From: a virus
Virus record (IMG/VR): IMGVR_UViG_3300042564_003163
Length of the DNA stretch: 41,641 nt
Direction: 5' to 3' (one strand)
Shown: in pieces, positions 25,726-35,081 of the stretch
Layout of the letters: every line of letters begins with the position of its first letter
Numbering within the stretch: position 1 is the first letter of the stretch
The notes under the pieces: model-generated
The model's database searches: none
Told to the model about the DNA's origin: nothing
Seen by the model: only the letters and a program-made list of their open reading frames with translations
Made by a program: the position numbers and the translations under genes

Positions 25726-26311
25726 ACTGTACGGCAAGCTGGGCGAACGCTTCGGACGGGTTCATCACCTGGCCGTGGAAACAGTCGGCGAAGCCCTGCG
25801 CGCCCTGATGGCGAATTACAAGGATTTTGAGCGGGAATTCGTTCAGGACTCAGCCGCTTACAAGGTTTGGGTTGGATCGAGCCGGTTGGCTGATGTTGAA
25901 GAGATACACAACCCAGCCGGATCAAAGGATATTATCCGCATTGCTCCAGCCATTGCCGGGTCTGGCGGTAGGGGTTTGGGTCAAATATTGATCGGATTTG
26001 CCCTGGTGGTTGCTGCCGTATTGATGCCGCCAAGTATTGCTGGCATCAGCCTGTTCGGCACGGCTACAGTGGGGTCGGTCATTGGCGGCATAGGTATATC
26101 GCTTGTTCTTGGCGGTATTGCTCAGATGCTAAGCCCTGCGCCCAAAGTCAACGAGCCGGGCGAGCGCCCAGAAAATAAACCGAGCTATGTATTCAACGGG
26201 GCAATTAACACCACCGCGCAAGGCCAACCGGTGCCCATTTGCTATGGCCGCTTGATTGTCGGCAGCGCCGTTATCAGCGCAGGCATCACTACACAGGATA
26301 TACCCGTATGA
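25709..26311 (+). CDS. Tail assembly protein I (lambda gpI-like)
   Basis: Ubiquitin-like N-terminus LREIRLYGKLG, a Gly-rich hydrophobic segment, C-terminal VPICYGR. Position between K and J. Confidence 0.8.
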   Translation: MLREIRLYGKLGERFGRVHHLAVETVGEALRALMANYKDFEREFVQDSAAYKVWVGSSRLADVEEIHNPAGSKDIIRIAPAIAGSGGRGLGQILIGFALVVAAVLMPPSIAGISLFGTATVGSVIGGIGISLVLGGIAQMLSPAPKVNEPGERPENKPSYVFNGAINTTAQGQPVPICYGRLIVGSAVISAGITTQDIPV

Positions 26312-29300
26312 GCATCATCGGCTCTGGAGGTGGAGGCGGTAAAGGTGGCGGTGGAAGCGGTCGCGTCGCTCAGGAAGCGCCAGATAGCCTGAGAAGCAAA
26401 GCATTCGCTAAAGTGCTCGATCTTATCAGTGAAGGCGAGATCGAGGGTCTGGTCGATGGCGCAAAGTCGATCTACCTGGACGATACGCCACTCCAAAACA
26501 GAGACGGCAGCTACAACTTCACTGGTGCAACGTGGTCAACACGCAACGGCACGCAGAGCCAAGGGTACATTCCGGGCTTCTCAGCCGTAGAAAATACCAC
26601 ATCGGTGGGTGTGGAGGTGCTCAAGAACACATCGGTGACGCGCCAGTTTACTAATCCGAACATCAATTATGTCCGGGTCACGCTTGGCTTCCCCGGTCTG
26701 GTGTCCCAAAACCCCAGCAATGGCGACACATCGGGCACATCGGTGTCGATCAGAATTGATGTGCAGAGCAATGGCGGCGGCTTTGTTAGTCAAACGCTTA
26801 GCCAGCAAACCGTTGCAGCATCCGTTTCGGGCAATACGGCAGCAGCAACAGCGTTTAAGCTGCGCGCAAATCTTACCGTCACGGCTGGCGTCGAATATTT
26901 TAATGACCCGAACAGTGACTATAATCCTTCCCTAAGGAACGTCTGGCCTACCGTCAGGGCTGAATATCGTTTGAATGGCGGTGCCTGGACGACAATATCA
27001 GAGACAGTCGAGGGCGGCGCTTGGGCAAATAGTATATTCAGCAATTCGACTACCGTCACCTACGAAACGCCATCGCTATCTAGCCAGCAAAACATCGAGC
27101 TGCGCGCCACCGTCACCAGCGGAGCCAATACCGGATCTGTGCAGATGACTTCGGCGGAAGCGGTCATCTTAGCCAATTTTGACACCATCAGCGGCAAAAC
27201 CACCAGCCGATACCAGCGCACCTACACCATTCCGGTCAGCGGTACAGGTCCGTGGGATGTACGTGTGGTGCGACTGACCGATGACAGCACCAGCCAGACA
27301 CTCCAGAATAAGACATTTTGGGATGCGGCCACCGAGGTCATCGACACGAAGCTGCGCTATCCGAACAGCGCACTTATTGGGTTGCAATGCGATGCCAGTC
27401 AGTTCAACAGCATTCCTAGGCGCGCCTACGATATTCGCGGCCTGAAAGTCAGGGTGCCAGTCAACTACAACCCGCTCACACGGGCATACACTGGAAGCTG
27501 GGACGGCACATTCAAAACAGCCTGGACGGATAATCCGGCATGGTGCCTGTACGATCTACTGACGACTGAGCGCTACGGCTTGGGCGCATTCATCAACACC
27601 ACCCAGGTTGATAAGTGGGCGCTTTACGCCATTGGCCGGTACTGCGACCAGATGGTGCCCAACGGTTTTGGCAGCCAAGAACCACGGTTCACCTGCAATC
27701 TGTACCTGCAAAGCCAGCAGGAAGCGTACCAAGTCATTCAGGACATGGCCTCGATATTCCGGGGTATGGCTTTCTGGTCATCGGGCAGCATCACAGCCGT
27801 GCAGGATTCGCCAGCAACGGCGGCCTATCTGTACACAGCCGCCAACGTCATTGATGGCGTATTCACGTATTCAGGCAGCTCAGCGAAGGCGCGGCACACG
27901 GTTGCACTGGTGGCGTGGAATGATCCAGCCGATATGTACCGCCAGAAAGTCGAATACGTCGAGGATGCGGAAGGCATCGCCAGGTATGGTGTGATCACTA
28001 CAAATATCGCTGCAATAGGCTGCACCAGTCGTGGACAAGCACACCGGGCTGGGCGCTGGCTACTTTTCAGCGAACGGCTAGAGACAGAGACCGTCACGTT
28101 TAAGACCGGCATCGAGGGCATGATTTGCCGTCCCGGCCAGATCATCAAAGTCGCCGATCCAGCACGCGCAGGGCTCCGGTACGGTGGCCGGATCGTATCA
28201 GCCACCACCAGCTCGGTGCAGATCGACTCGCCGATAACGCTGGTGGCCGGGCAGTCGTACACGCTATCGGCACTCAAGGCTGATGGCACCGTCATGGAAA
28301 CCACCGTGTCGCATTCTGGCGGCACGCTGAGCACGTTGAGCCTATCCCCTGCGCTTTCGGAAGCTCCAGCCGTGAGCAGCGTGTGGATGCTGACCAGCAC
28401 GGCGGTGAATCCGCAGACATTCCGGGTCATCGCCGTTGTTGAGAATGATCGCAACGAGTTCGAAGTCACCGCGCTGGCGCATGAGCCGAGCAAGTACGGC
28501 GCCATTGAGAACGGCTTTGCGCTGGAGCAGCGAAGCATCAGCATTCTGACGGCAACCCCGGCAACACCGGAAAACCTGACCGTCACGGATAGCCTGTACC
28601 GGTCGAGCTCCGGGGTGCTGGTGCGCATGTCCGTGTCATGGAGCCCGGTAGTCACTGCCACGTCCTACGCTGTTGTATTGCAGCGCCAAGGCGGCAATTC
28701 TGAGCCTGAGATTATTTCTACTACGCCGAGCGTCGATGTAGATGTGACCGAGGGGCTTTACACGGTTCGCGTGGTGGCGATCAATGCAATCGGTAAGCGA
28801 AGCACCAATGCAGCTACCGCCACTTATCAGGTAGTAGGCAAAACATCACCACCTGAGAATGTTCAGAATTTCGTGGTGGCAAGGAACGGCACCATTCTGA
28901 ATTTCACTTGGCGGCCTGTCGGTGATGTGGACTTTGACCACTACGAACTGCGCCAAGGCCTGAGCTGGAATACCGGCATCCCCATCGGTTCGACATCGAG
29001 CAACGCTTTCTCATGGTCTGCGCCGCGCGGTGGTACGTTCATGATCAAGGCGGTTGACACATCCGGCAACTTTAGCGCGGTAGAGTCGCTAGTCAGTGTG
29101 CCAGACATTAGCGGCATCAACGTTGTCCTGGCTTCGGATGAGACAACAAACGGCTGGAACGGAACGACCAACAACGCCTATGCCACCCCCGGCGGTGTCG
29201 TCATTAACGGCACGCAGCCTTGGAGTGCCTACACACAGCCGTGGAACAGCTACACCAGTGCGTGGATGTTCCTCGATCCGGTCAGCTCAGGCACCTATAC

Positions 29301-29877
29301 GACGCAGCCTATTGATATTGGCTTCGTTGCCACCTCGACCGTGCATCTTGAAAATATAGTCCAGACGATCCAGCAGGTAGGCGTGTGGAATGACTTCACC
29401 GAGCCGTGGAGCTACTATTCAGCTCCAGAATGGTCTTGGCAGGGCAGGATTAGCGGTATTTCGGCGTCTTTCGATATCAGTACCAGCAACGATAACATCA
29501 CCTGGAGCGCATGGCAGCAGTTCACACCGGGCGCTTATACGTTCCGGTACGTCCGTATTCGCGCTACTCTGGCAACTGACGACTTGGTGATCATCCCGTA
29601 CCTGACCAGCCTGATCGTGCGCATTGATGTGCCCGACCGGGTACTGCATTTCGGCAATGTCTCAATTCCTATTGCTGGTGCGACATTGACATTTTCACCG
29701 GCCTTCGTCGGTGTCCAGACCGTGCAGGTCACATTACAATCAGCGACTAGCGGTGATCGCTTTACTGTCACTGGAAAAAGCAATTCACAAGTAACAGTCA
29801 ATGTATTTGACGGCGCTGGTAGCGCCAAAGCCGGAACCGTCGATGTGGACGTGTTCGGTTACGGAGAAAGGTTCTAA
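26308..29877 (+). CDS. Host specificity / central tail fibre protein J
   Basis: 1189 aa. ATGA overlap with gpI. N-terminal GGGGGKGGGG and EGEIEGLVDG..SIYLDDTP are typical of gpJ. Confidence 0.9.
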   Translation: MSIIGSGGGGGKGGGGSGRVAQEAPDSLRSKAFAKVLDLISEGEIEGLVDGAKSIYLDDTPLQNRDGSYNFTGATWSTRNGTQSQGYIPGFSAVENTTSVGVEVLKNTSVTRQFTNPNINYVRVTLGFPGLVSQNPSNGDTSGTSVSIRIDVQSNGGGFVSQTLSQQTVAASVSGNTAAATAFKLRANLTVTAGVEYFNDPNSDYNPSLRNVWPTVRAEYRLNGGAWTTISETVEGGAWANSIFSNSTTVTYETPSLSSQQNIELRATVTSGANTGSVQMTSAEAVILANFDTISGKTTSRYQRTYTIPVSGTGPWDVRVVRLTDDSTSQTLQNKTFWDAATEVIDTKLRYPNSALIGLQCDASQFNSIPRRAYDIRGLKVRVPVNYNPLTRAYTGSWDGTFKTAWTDNPAWCLYDLLTTERYGLGAFINTTQVDKWALYAIGRYCDQMVPNGFGSQEPRFTCNLYLQSQQEAYQVIQDMASIFRGMAFWSSGSITAVQDSPATAAYLYTAANVIDGVFTYSGSSAKARHTVALVAWNDPADMYRQKVEYVEDAEGIARYGVITTNIAAIGCTSRGQAHRAGRWLLFSERLETETVTFKTGIEGMICRPGQIIKVADPARAGLRYGGRIVSATTSSVQIDSPITLVAGQSYTLSALKADGTVMETTVSHSGGTLSTLSLSPALSEAPAVSSVWMLTSTAVNPQTFRVIAVVENDRNEFEVTALAHEPSKYGAIENGFALEQRSISILTATPATPENLTVTDSLYRSSSGVLVRMSVSWSPVVTATSYAVVLQRQGGNSEPEIISTTPSVDVDVTEGLYTVRVVAINAIGKRSTNAATATYQVVGKTSPPENVQNFVVARNGTILNFTWRPVGDVDFDHYELRQGLSWNTGIPIGSTSSNAFSWSAPRGGTFMIKAVDTSGNFSAVESLVSVPDISGINVVLASDETTNGWNGTTNNAYATPGGVVINGTQPWSAYTQPWNSYTSAWMFLDPVSSGTYTTQPIDIGFVATSTVHLENIVQTIQQVGVWNDFTEPWSYYSAPEWSWQGRISGISASFDISTSNDNITWSAWQQFTPGAYTFRYVRIRATLATDDLVIIPYLTSLIVRIDVPDRVLHFGNVSIPIAGATLTFSPAFVGVQTVQVTLQSATSGDRFTVTGKSNSQVTVNVFDGAGSAKAGTVDVDVFGYGERF

Positions 29878-29879
29878 GC

Positions 29880-31346
29880 ATGGCCTGGCAATCCTCGACA
29901 ATCAACCCGGCAACGACAACGCCAGCCGCAGACATTAGCAAGATCACCAATGACTTGCAGCAGTTGCGCGGCGTCATCGGTGGTACACCCGATGTTGCAA
30001 TCCCGTCAGTCTGGACAACCCCGGCGAACGTACTCGCTCAGACTGCCAACAGTGCCACGACCGCAGGCACCAGCACTGCATACACGCTCGCCCCGGCGCA
30101 GGCTATTACATCCTACGCAGCGGGTCAGACGTTTTGGGTAACATTCCATGCCGCCAGCGGTGCGAATCCGACACTCCAGGTCAGTGGCGTGGCTTCACCG
30201 CCTACGCTGGTGCGCCAGGCGGCTAGTGGTAGTTACGTCAACATCGGGGCTGGTGATATTCCGGCCAACCATCGCAGCCGGGTGACGTTGCTATCGACAT
30301 CGCAGGCGTTTGTCGAAGAAATGCCACCGAGAATTGCGTCTGGGCTAAAAAATAAGATCATCAACGGCAAGATGGACATTGCCCAGCGGGGGACGAGTTT
30401 TGCGGCGGCGTCTGCATACACGCTTGACAGGTGGGAGCTAACCAACACCTCGTCCGCTGTTGCCACGGTGACTCAGCAAGCGGACGCGCCCAGTAACAAT
30501 GAATTCCGATACAGTTATCGCTACGCAGTTACCACGGCAGACACAAGTATTGCTGCTGGTGACGCTTTAGCCATTCAGCAACGCATTGAGGGATTTAATG
30601 CCAGAGACCTAATTGGCAAAACATTTACGGTTTCATTCTGGGTTCGTAGCAGCAAGACAGGTACGCATTGCGTAGCATTTCGAAACAGCGGCACTAACCG
30701 CAGTTACGTTGTCGAGTACACCATAAGCGCGACAAATACGTGGGAACAAAAATCTATCTCCCTTCCGAGCGGACTTATCACCGCAGGTACCTGGGACTGG
30801 ACTAACGGAACTGGTCTGATTGCGTCGTGGGCACTCGCCGCAGGCACCACCTTCCAAACCACCGCAGGCGCATGGCAGACCGGCAATTTCCTCGCCACTT
30901 CCAACCAAGTCAACTGCCTCGACACCGTCGGCAACATTTTCGCCATCACCGGTGTGCAGTTAGAAGTCGGCTCATTCGCAACGGAATTCGACCACCGCCC
31001 ATTTAGCGCCGAGCTGGCGATGTGTCAGCGGTATTATGAACAGAGTTATGAACCCGGTGCGGTTGGTACTGCAACAAGTGTCGGTGCCCTTCAAAATTAC
31101 AACGCATCAGGAGCCACCAATACAGCGGCACTGCAAGTTATATTCAAAGTGCAAAAAAGAGCAACGCCAACAGTAACTTCTTATAGCACGCAGTCAGGCG
31201 CATCTGGTCAAATTCGAGATGGATCAGGCGCGGATAGAACTGCTACTGTTCAATACGTTTCAACGTCTGGCGCTCATATAACAAATAGCGCTGCTGGAAA
31301 TGCTGCAAACTATTCCGCGCAATGGGTCGCTGCCATTGAACTCTAA
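29880..31346 (+). CDS. Tail fibre / receptor-binding protein
   Basis: 488 aa Ala/Thr/Ser/Gly-rich ORF directly after J. GC drops in the last roughly 270 nt. Confidence 0.65.
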   Translation: MAWQSSTINPATTTPAADISKITNDLQQLRGVIGGTPDVAIPSVWTTPANVLAQTANSATTAGTSTAYTLAPAQAITSYAAGQTFWVTFHAASGANPTLQVSGVASPPTLVRQAASGSYVNIGAGDIPANHRSRVTLLSTSQAFVEEMPPRIASGLKNKIINGKMDIAQRGTSFAAASAYTLDRWELTNTSSAVATVTQQADAPSNNEFRYSYRYAVTTADTSIAAGDALAIQQRIEGFNARDLIGKTFTVSFWVRSSKTGTHCVAFRNSGTNRSYVVEYTISATNTWEQKSISLPSGLITAGTWDWTNGTGLIASWALAAGTTFQTTAGAWQTGNFLATSNQVNCLDTVGNIFAITGVQLEVGSFATEFDHRPFSAELAMCQRYYEQSYEPGAVGTATSVGALQNYNASGATNTAALQVIFKVQKRATPTVTSYSTQSGASGQIRDGSGADRTATVQYVSTSGAHITNSAAGNAANYSAQWVAAIEL

Positions 31347-31355
31347 GGGCAAGTT

Positions 31356-31745
31356 ATGTACAAACTAACTAACACACCAAGCGTCATCAGATTAACAGAC
31401 GGAGCCTGCATTCCGGCAGACCCGGCAAACTCCGACTTCATTCAGTACCAGCAATGGCTTGCCGAAGGAAATACGCCGGAACCGGCTGATGCTCCACCCG
31501 TTCCTGTCATTACCAGCGTCACAATGCGACAGGCACGTCTGGCGCTACTTCAACAAGGATTACTAACGCAGATCAATAACGCAGTCGCTTCAATTCCGGG
31601 CGCTCAGGGCGAAGCAGTGCGTATTGAATGGGAATTTTCTAGCACTGTTGAGCGAAACAGACCGCTTGTGCAGGCTTTAGCCGCGTCACTTGGGCTGACC
31701 TCTCAACAACTCGATGACTTATTCACACTTGCAGCGACACTATGA
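31356..31745 (+). CDS. Hypothetical protein, possible tail fibre assembly / accessory protein
   Basis: 129 aa ORF immediately after the fibre gene. Confidence 0.4.
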   Translation: MYKLTNTPSVIRLTDGACIPADPANSDFIQYQQWLAEGNTPEPADAPPVPVITSVTMRQARLALLQQGLLTQINNAVASIPGAQGEAVRIEWEFSSTVERNRPLVQALAASLGLTSQQLDDLFTLAATL

Positions 31746-32194
31746 AACTCGCTTTCATCTACGGCAAGCAACCGAGTAGCACCCTGACCAAGATATTCAC
31801 TGGGTCAACGTGCTACCACGTTGGCTTTACGAATGAGGTGCATTTCTGGGATATGAACCTGATTCGTCGCCGTAGATTGTGGTCAACCTATGCACACAAG
31901 CAGACGGTGCTGATCGACACGCCAGTGCCAATTACTGCCGATTATCTGGATTGGAAGTTGGACACAGACGATTCCAGGTACGGCGTGCTCGACTATATTC
32001 TGTTTGGAATGCGCCCACTGTTTCATATTATGGGCAAGAGCACCATCAATGCTGGTGGCGTCATCTGTTCTGAGATGGTTGCTAATGACCTAAATGCACA
32101 CGGCTGGGGGGTGCATTTTCATCAGGTGCCTAGCCCTGCCGATCTGGAGTTAACGATTGGCGGAAGAAAGGAACTCATTCGAGGGTATTTATGA
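31742..32194 (+). CDS. Hypothetical protein, possible permuted papain/NlpC-P60-like hydrolase
   Basis: A His-containing CYHVGF segment precedes GGVICSEMV, the His-before-Cys order seen in permuted NlpC/P60 (YiiX-like) enzymes. Confidence 0.35.
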   Translation: MKLAFIYGKQPSSTLTKIFTGSTCYHVGFTNEVHFWDMNLIRRRRLWSTYAHKQTVLIDTPVPITADYLDWKLDTDDSRYGVLDYILFGMRPLFHIMGKSTINAGGVICSEMVANDLNAHGWGVHFHQVPSPADLELTIGGRKELIRGYL

Positions 32195-32640
32195 AAGAAA
32201 GCGCCGTTTTCGTTGGTTTATTGCTCGCCGTGGTTCTTGGCTATATTTCCTACCGCCTGCCGCCTTCGAAGTGGCGCGAATACTTTTCAACCAGTGAGGG
32301 CAGAGGTATTCTCAAAGGCATCATACTTGCCCCGATAGTCATTCTGCTCATTGCGCTGGTTCTCAGCATTTTCAATCAGGCACACGCGCAAGGCCGCTGG
32401 TTCAAAGACGCTGGCGTTTTCGTTGGCCTTGACCAGACATTCAAACAATCCCCGCAGTGCTCGGCCAATACGATTGACGACAGAGGCACCAGCAACATGG
32501 GCTTCTGGGTCAATGCCTGGCAGTATCAGAATGTCCAAGTCAATTTCAAATACACGCACCACAGTTGCGTGCTTGGCAGAGATCGCAATGCTTACGATGC
32601 TGCTGGCATCGAGCTGCGCTGGACACTTTGGAAGCGATGA
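32191..32640 (+). CDS. Membrane protein (two N-terminal hydrophobic helices plus an 85-aa C-terminal domain)
   Basis: Hydrophobic segments VFVGLLLAVVLGYISY and IILAPIVILLIALVLSIF. AHA-QG looks like a signal-peptidase site. Confidence 0.5.
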   Translation: MKESAVFVGLLLAVVLGYISYRLPPSKWREYFSTSEGRGILKGIILAPIVILLIALVLSIFNQAHAQGRWFKDAGVFVGLDQTFKQSPQCSANTIDDRGTSNMGFWVNAWQYQNVQVNFKYTHHSCVLGRDRNAYDAAGIELRWTLWKR

Positions 32641-33017
32641 ATATGGCCGAACCTACATCCACGACCAGCATCAGCATATCGGCGCTGGCCGTTGCACTTA
32701 TGGGGCCTTTCGCGGGACCGTATGCGCTGATCGTATTTTCTGCGCTGGCTGGTTCGCTGTGGCCGTTGTCGGCTACAATCAAGACTGAAAGTAGGGCTGC
32801 TGGCGCGTGGCTGTTGCTGCGCTGTGTGCTGATGGCTGTTGTCCTAGTCGGCTCAGCGGCTGCGGTGATCGAACGGTTTTATAATATCCCGGCGGTTGAA
32901 TTGCTTGCGCCACTGGCGTTTGTTGTTGGCGCGCTAGGCAACGGCTGGCGCTCGGTAATGAGTGCAATCTTGGATGCTATCAAGATCACAATCAGACGAA
33001 TCGGTGGGGGCACATGA
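32637..33017 (+). CDS. Holin candidate (multi-pass membrane protein)
   Basis: Three to four hydrophobic helices. ATGA overlap with the upstream gene. Lies upstream of the endolysin. Confidence 0.5.
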   Translation: MNMAEPTSTTSISISALAVALMGPFAGPYALIVFSALAGSLWPLSATIKTESRAAGAWLLLRCVLMAVVLVGSAAAVIERFYNIPAVELLAPLAFVVGALGNGWRSVMSAILDAIKITIRRIGGGT

Positions 33018-33307
33018 TTATTTCGCTCGTAATTCATGAGATGCTATGCGCGGCTTTGTTTTATACCGTGTTTTGTCGAGCGGTTCACACGAACGAAGAA
33101 ACCACGAAGCTATCCGTGCGCCTGGCTATCTGCGCTCTGGGCGCAGTTGCCTGCCTAGGTATGGCTGCACCGATTGTCTGGTACTGGACGCCGAACTGGT
33201 ACACCACAGCTTTGCTGGCCACAGTCGTCATCAGCCAGTCGATATTTTCGGTTCAATGGCGGAACGGTGTCCCGAATGATTTTTGCAGGACTACCGAGCA
33301 GTCCTGA
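33014..33307 (+). CDS. Small 3-TM membrane protein (holin/antiholin candidate)
   Basis: 97 aa with three hydrophobic segments. ATGA overlap with the upstream gene. Confidence 0.45.
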   Translation: MIISLVIHEMLCAALFYTVFCRAVHTNEETTKLSVRLAICALGAVACLGMAAPIVWYWTPNWYTTALLATVVISQSIFSVQWRNGVPNDFCRTTEQS

Positions 33308-33884
33308 GCGCAAGCTCTAGCGATTCTTGCAGCCTGCGCTCAAACACTGCCTGACTGACGCGCAGGCCGTCGTCTCTCAGCTTCAATCTGGGCTCAATAT
33401 CTGCGCGCGGTACTAGCAGGTACATCAGGCGCAATTCGGTCTTGTTCCTGCCTTTTCTGCTTCGCTTGAGTGCAAGCCATTTCCTGCCCATGAATTCGAT
33501 AACCTCAGCTTTGTTGCCCAAAGATTTCGGGCGGTCGGCTTTGCGTATCATGTCCTTTGGCGTTCGCCTGACCAGGCTGGTGGGCACGGCCAGATAATTG
33601 CCTAGCGGACTTTTCGCGCCACCAACCTCTTGCAGCCCCATGAAAGCATCACGGCTGAAAACCATCGCCTCCAGATTCTGCTTAGTAGCGCGCTGTATCT
33701 GAATCCCTTGGCGCACCCAGTTATTCCTGAGCGTAAATCGCTGCGCCAGATTGTTGCGCACCTCGTCCTGGACATCGCGCGCGGTGACAGTCAGCGCCCG
33801 AGCGATGGCAAACGGTAATTGCTTGGCATCGGTAATTCTTTGCAGCTTTGCCACGGCCTGCTTGATGTTGCTCTGAATGTTCAT
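33291..33884 (-). CDS. Hypothetical protein (197 aa), possibly an HK97 gp10-like virion component; the only minus-strand gene within the late region
   Basis: Long ORF whose codon usage looks like that of its neighbours. The N-terminal helical A.AKL......LPFAIARAL..TA.DV pattern loosely resembles gp10-type proteins. Confidence 0.5.
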   Translation of the reverse strand: MNIQSNIKQAVAKLQRITDAKQLPFAIARALTVTARDVQDEVRNNLAQRFTLRNNWVRQGIQIQRATKQNLEAMVFSRDAFMGLQEVGGAKSPLGNYLAVPTSLVRRTPKDMIRKADRPKSLGNKAEVIEFMGRKWLALKRSRKGRNKTELRLMYLLVPRADIEPRLKLRDDGLRVSQAVFERRLQESLELALRTAR

Positions 33885-33929
33885 TCGTTTACTCTACCCT
33901 AAATTGGATTTTGAGAATAGAATACAGGA

Positions 33930-34517
33930 ATGAAATGGCTCACGATACTCACGAAATGCGGCGTCAAGTCAGACGTAGCCCAGCAATGGGCACCTGTATT
34001 CAATTCGCATCTAGCCCTGCATCCTAGGGCAATCCCTTACTTCCTCGGCCAAGTGTTGCACGAGAGTGCCAATCTCACACGGCTGGTGGAATCTCTTAAT
34101 TATCGAGATCCGCAGCGGCTGCGCGCCGTCTGGCAGAGCAGGTTCCCTACGGTTGCGTCGGCTTTGCCTTATGTTGGCAACGCAGAAAAGCTGGCCAACC
34201 TGGTCTACGCCAAACGAATGGGAAACACCGAACCCGGTGACGGCTGGCGCTATCGTGGGCGCGGCCTGATTCAAGTGACTGGCCGGGCGAATTACGATGC
34301 AGTGGGTAAGGCCATCGGCCTTGATCTGGTGGCCGATCCAGACCAGTTGCTGAAACCAGACATTGCCCTGCGCGCCAGTCTGGCTTGGTGGTCAATCAAC
34401 GTGCCTGCCCATTACATCGGGGATGTTGAGAAAATTACCCGGGTCGTCAATGGCGGCACCAATGGCCTCGATGAGCGCAAATTCGTCACCGCGCAAGCGA
34501 TTGGCGCGTGCGCATGA
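33930..34517 (+). CDS. Endolysin, glycoside hydrolase family 19 (chitinase-like)
   Basis: FLGQVLHESANL...ESLNY...GDGWRYRGRGLIQVTGRANY...ASLAWW motifs. Confidence 0.9.
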   Translation: MKWLTILTKCGVKSDVAQQWAPVFNSHLALHPRAIPYFLGQVLHESANLTRLVESLNYRDPQRLRAVWQSRFPTVASALPYVGNAEKLANLVYAKRMGNTEPGDGWRYRGRGLIQVTGRANYDAVGKAIGLDLVADPDQLLKPDIALRASLAWWSINVPAHYIGDVEKITRVVNGGTNGLDERKFVTAQAIGACA

Positions 34518-34993
34518 TTGTCGGCTTCATAAATCTGATACCGCGCTGGGCGCTGCTGGCCGCGCTGGTGGCCGCACTCGCTGGCGCGGCCTGGCAGACA
34601 GTCAAACTTGCATCGGCGCGGTCTGACCTGCTCACCGCCGAACGCCAGATTGCCGATATGCGCACAGCCATTGCCGTCGCCAATACCGAAGCGGCCAACA
34701 AGACAGCCGCCCTTCAATCCTTCGTCACGAAAGCCCAAAATGAAGCCAAGAAACGCGAGAACGATCTGCGCGCCGCTGCTGCTGGCGCTCAGTCTGAGTC
34801 TGACAGCCTGCGCAACGACCTCAATACCCTACGTCAGCAACTCGCCACAGCTTCCAGCGATGCCCGAGCTGAGCGAGCCTCTGCCATCGCAGCCGTACTC
34901 GCGCAGTGCTCAACCCGCTATCAAGTGCTGGCGGAACGTTGTGACCGGCACGTCAACGACTTGCGAACCATGACCGAAGCATGGCCGAAATAG
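34514..34993 (+). CDS. Rz: i-spanin (Rz-like)
   Basis: N-terminal TM helix LLAALVAALAGAAW, coiled-coil body, ATGA overlap with the endolysin stop. Confidence 0.8.
   Translation: MIVGFINLIPRWALLAALVAALAGAAWQTVKLASARSDLLTAERQIADMRTAIAVANTEAANKTAALQSFVTKAQNEAKKRENDLRAAAAGAQSESDSLRNDLNTLRQQLATASSDARAERASAIAAVLAQCSTRYQVLAERCDRHVNDLRTMTEAWPK
34740..34973 (+). CDS. Rz1: o-spanin (Rz1-like lipoprotein) embedded in the +1 frame of the i-spanin gene
   Basis: Lipobox LSLSLTAC after a basic N-terminus. Pro-rich mature part. Lies entirely inside Rz. Confidence 0.8.
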   Translation: MKPRNARTICAPLLLALSLSLTACATTSIPYVSNSPQLPAMPELSEPLPSQPYSRSAQPAIKCWRNVVTGTSTTCEP

Positions 34994-35050
34994 TGTAGAA
35001 TCTTATTTGAATGTCTCCTTGGCGGTTGCAGTACGCAATCACCCCTTTTG

Positions 35051-35081
35051 CCCCGGCCTAATCAGCCGGGGTCTTTTTTTT
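35051..35081 (+). terminator. Rho-independent terminator ending the late operon
   Basis: Stem ccccggc/gccgggg, a 7-nt loop, then tcTTTTTTTT. Confidence 0.85.

Noticed and set aside
27825-28661. A 278-aa minus-strand ORF inside gpJ, with similar ones at 24227..24925 and 18008..18586
   Set aside because: They are antisense to strongly supported structural genes (J, L, major capsid). Composition is low-complexity Ser/Ala/Val/Arg, and no start context is present.
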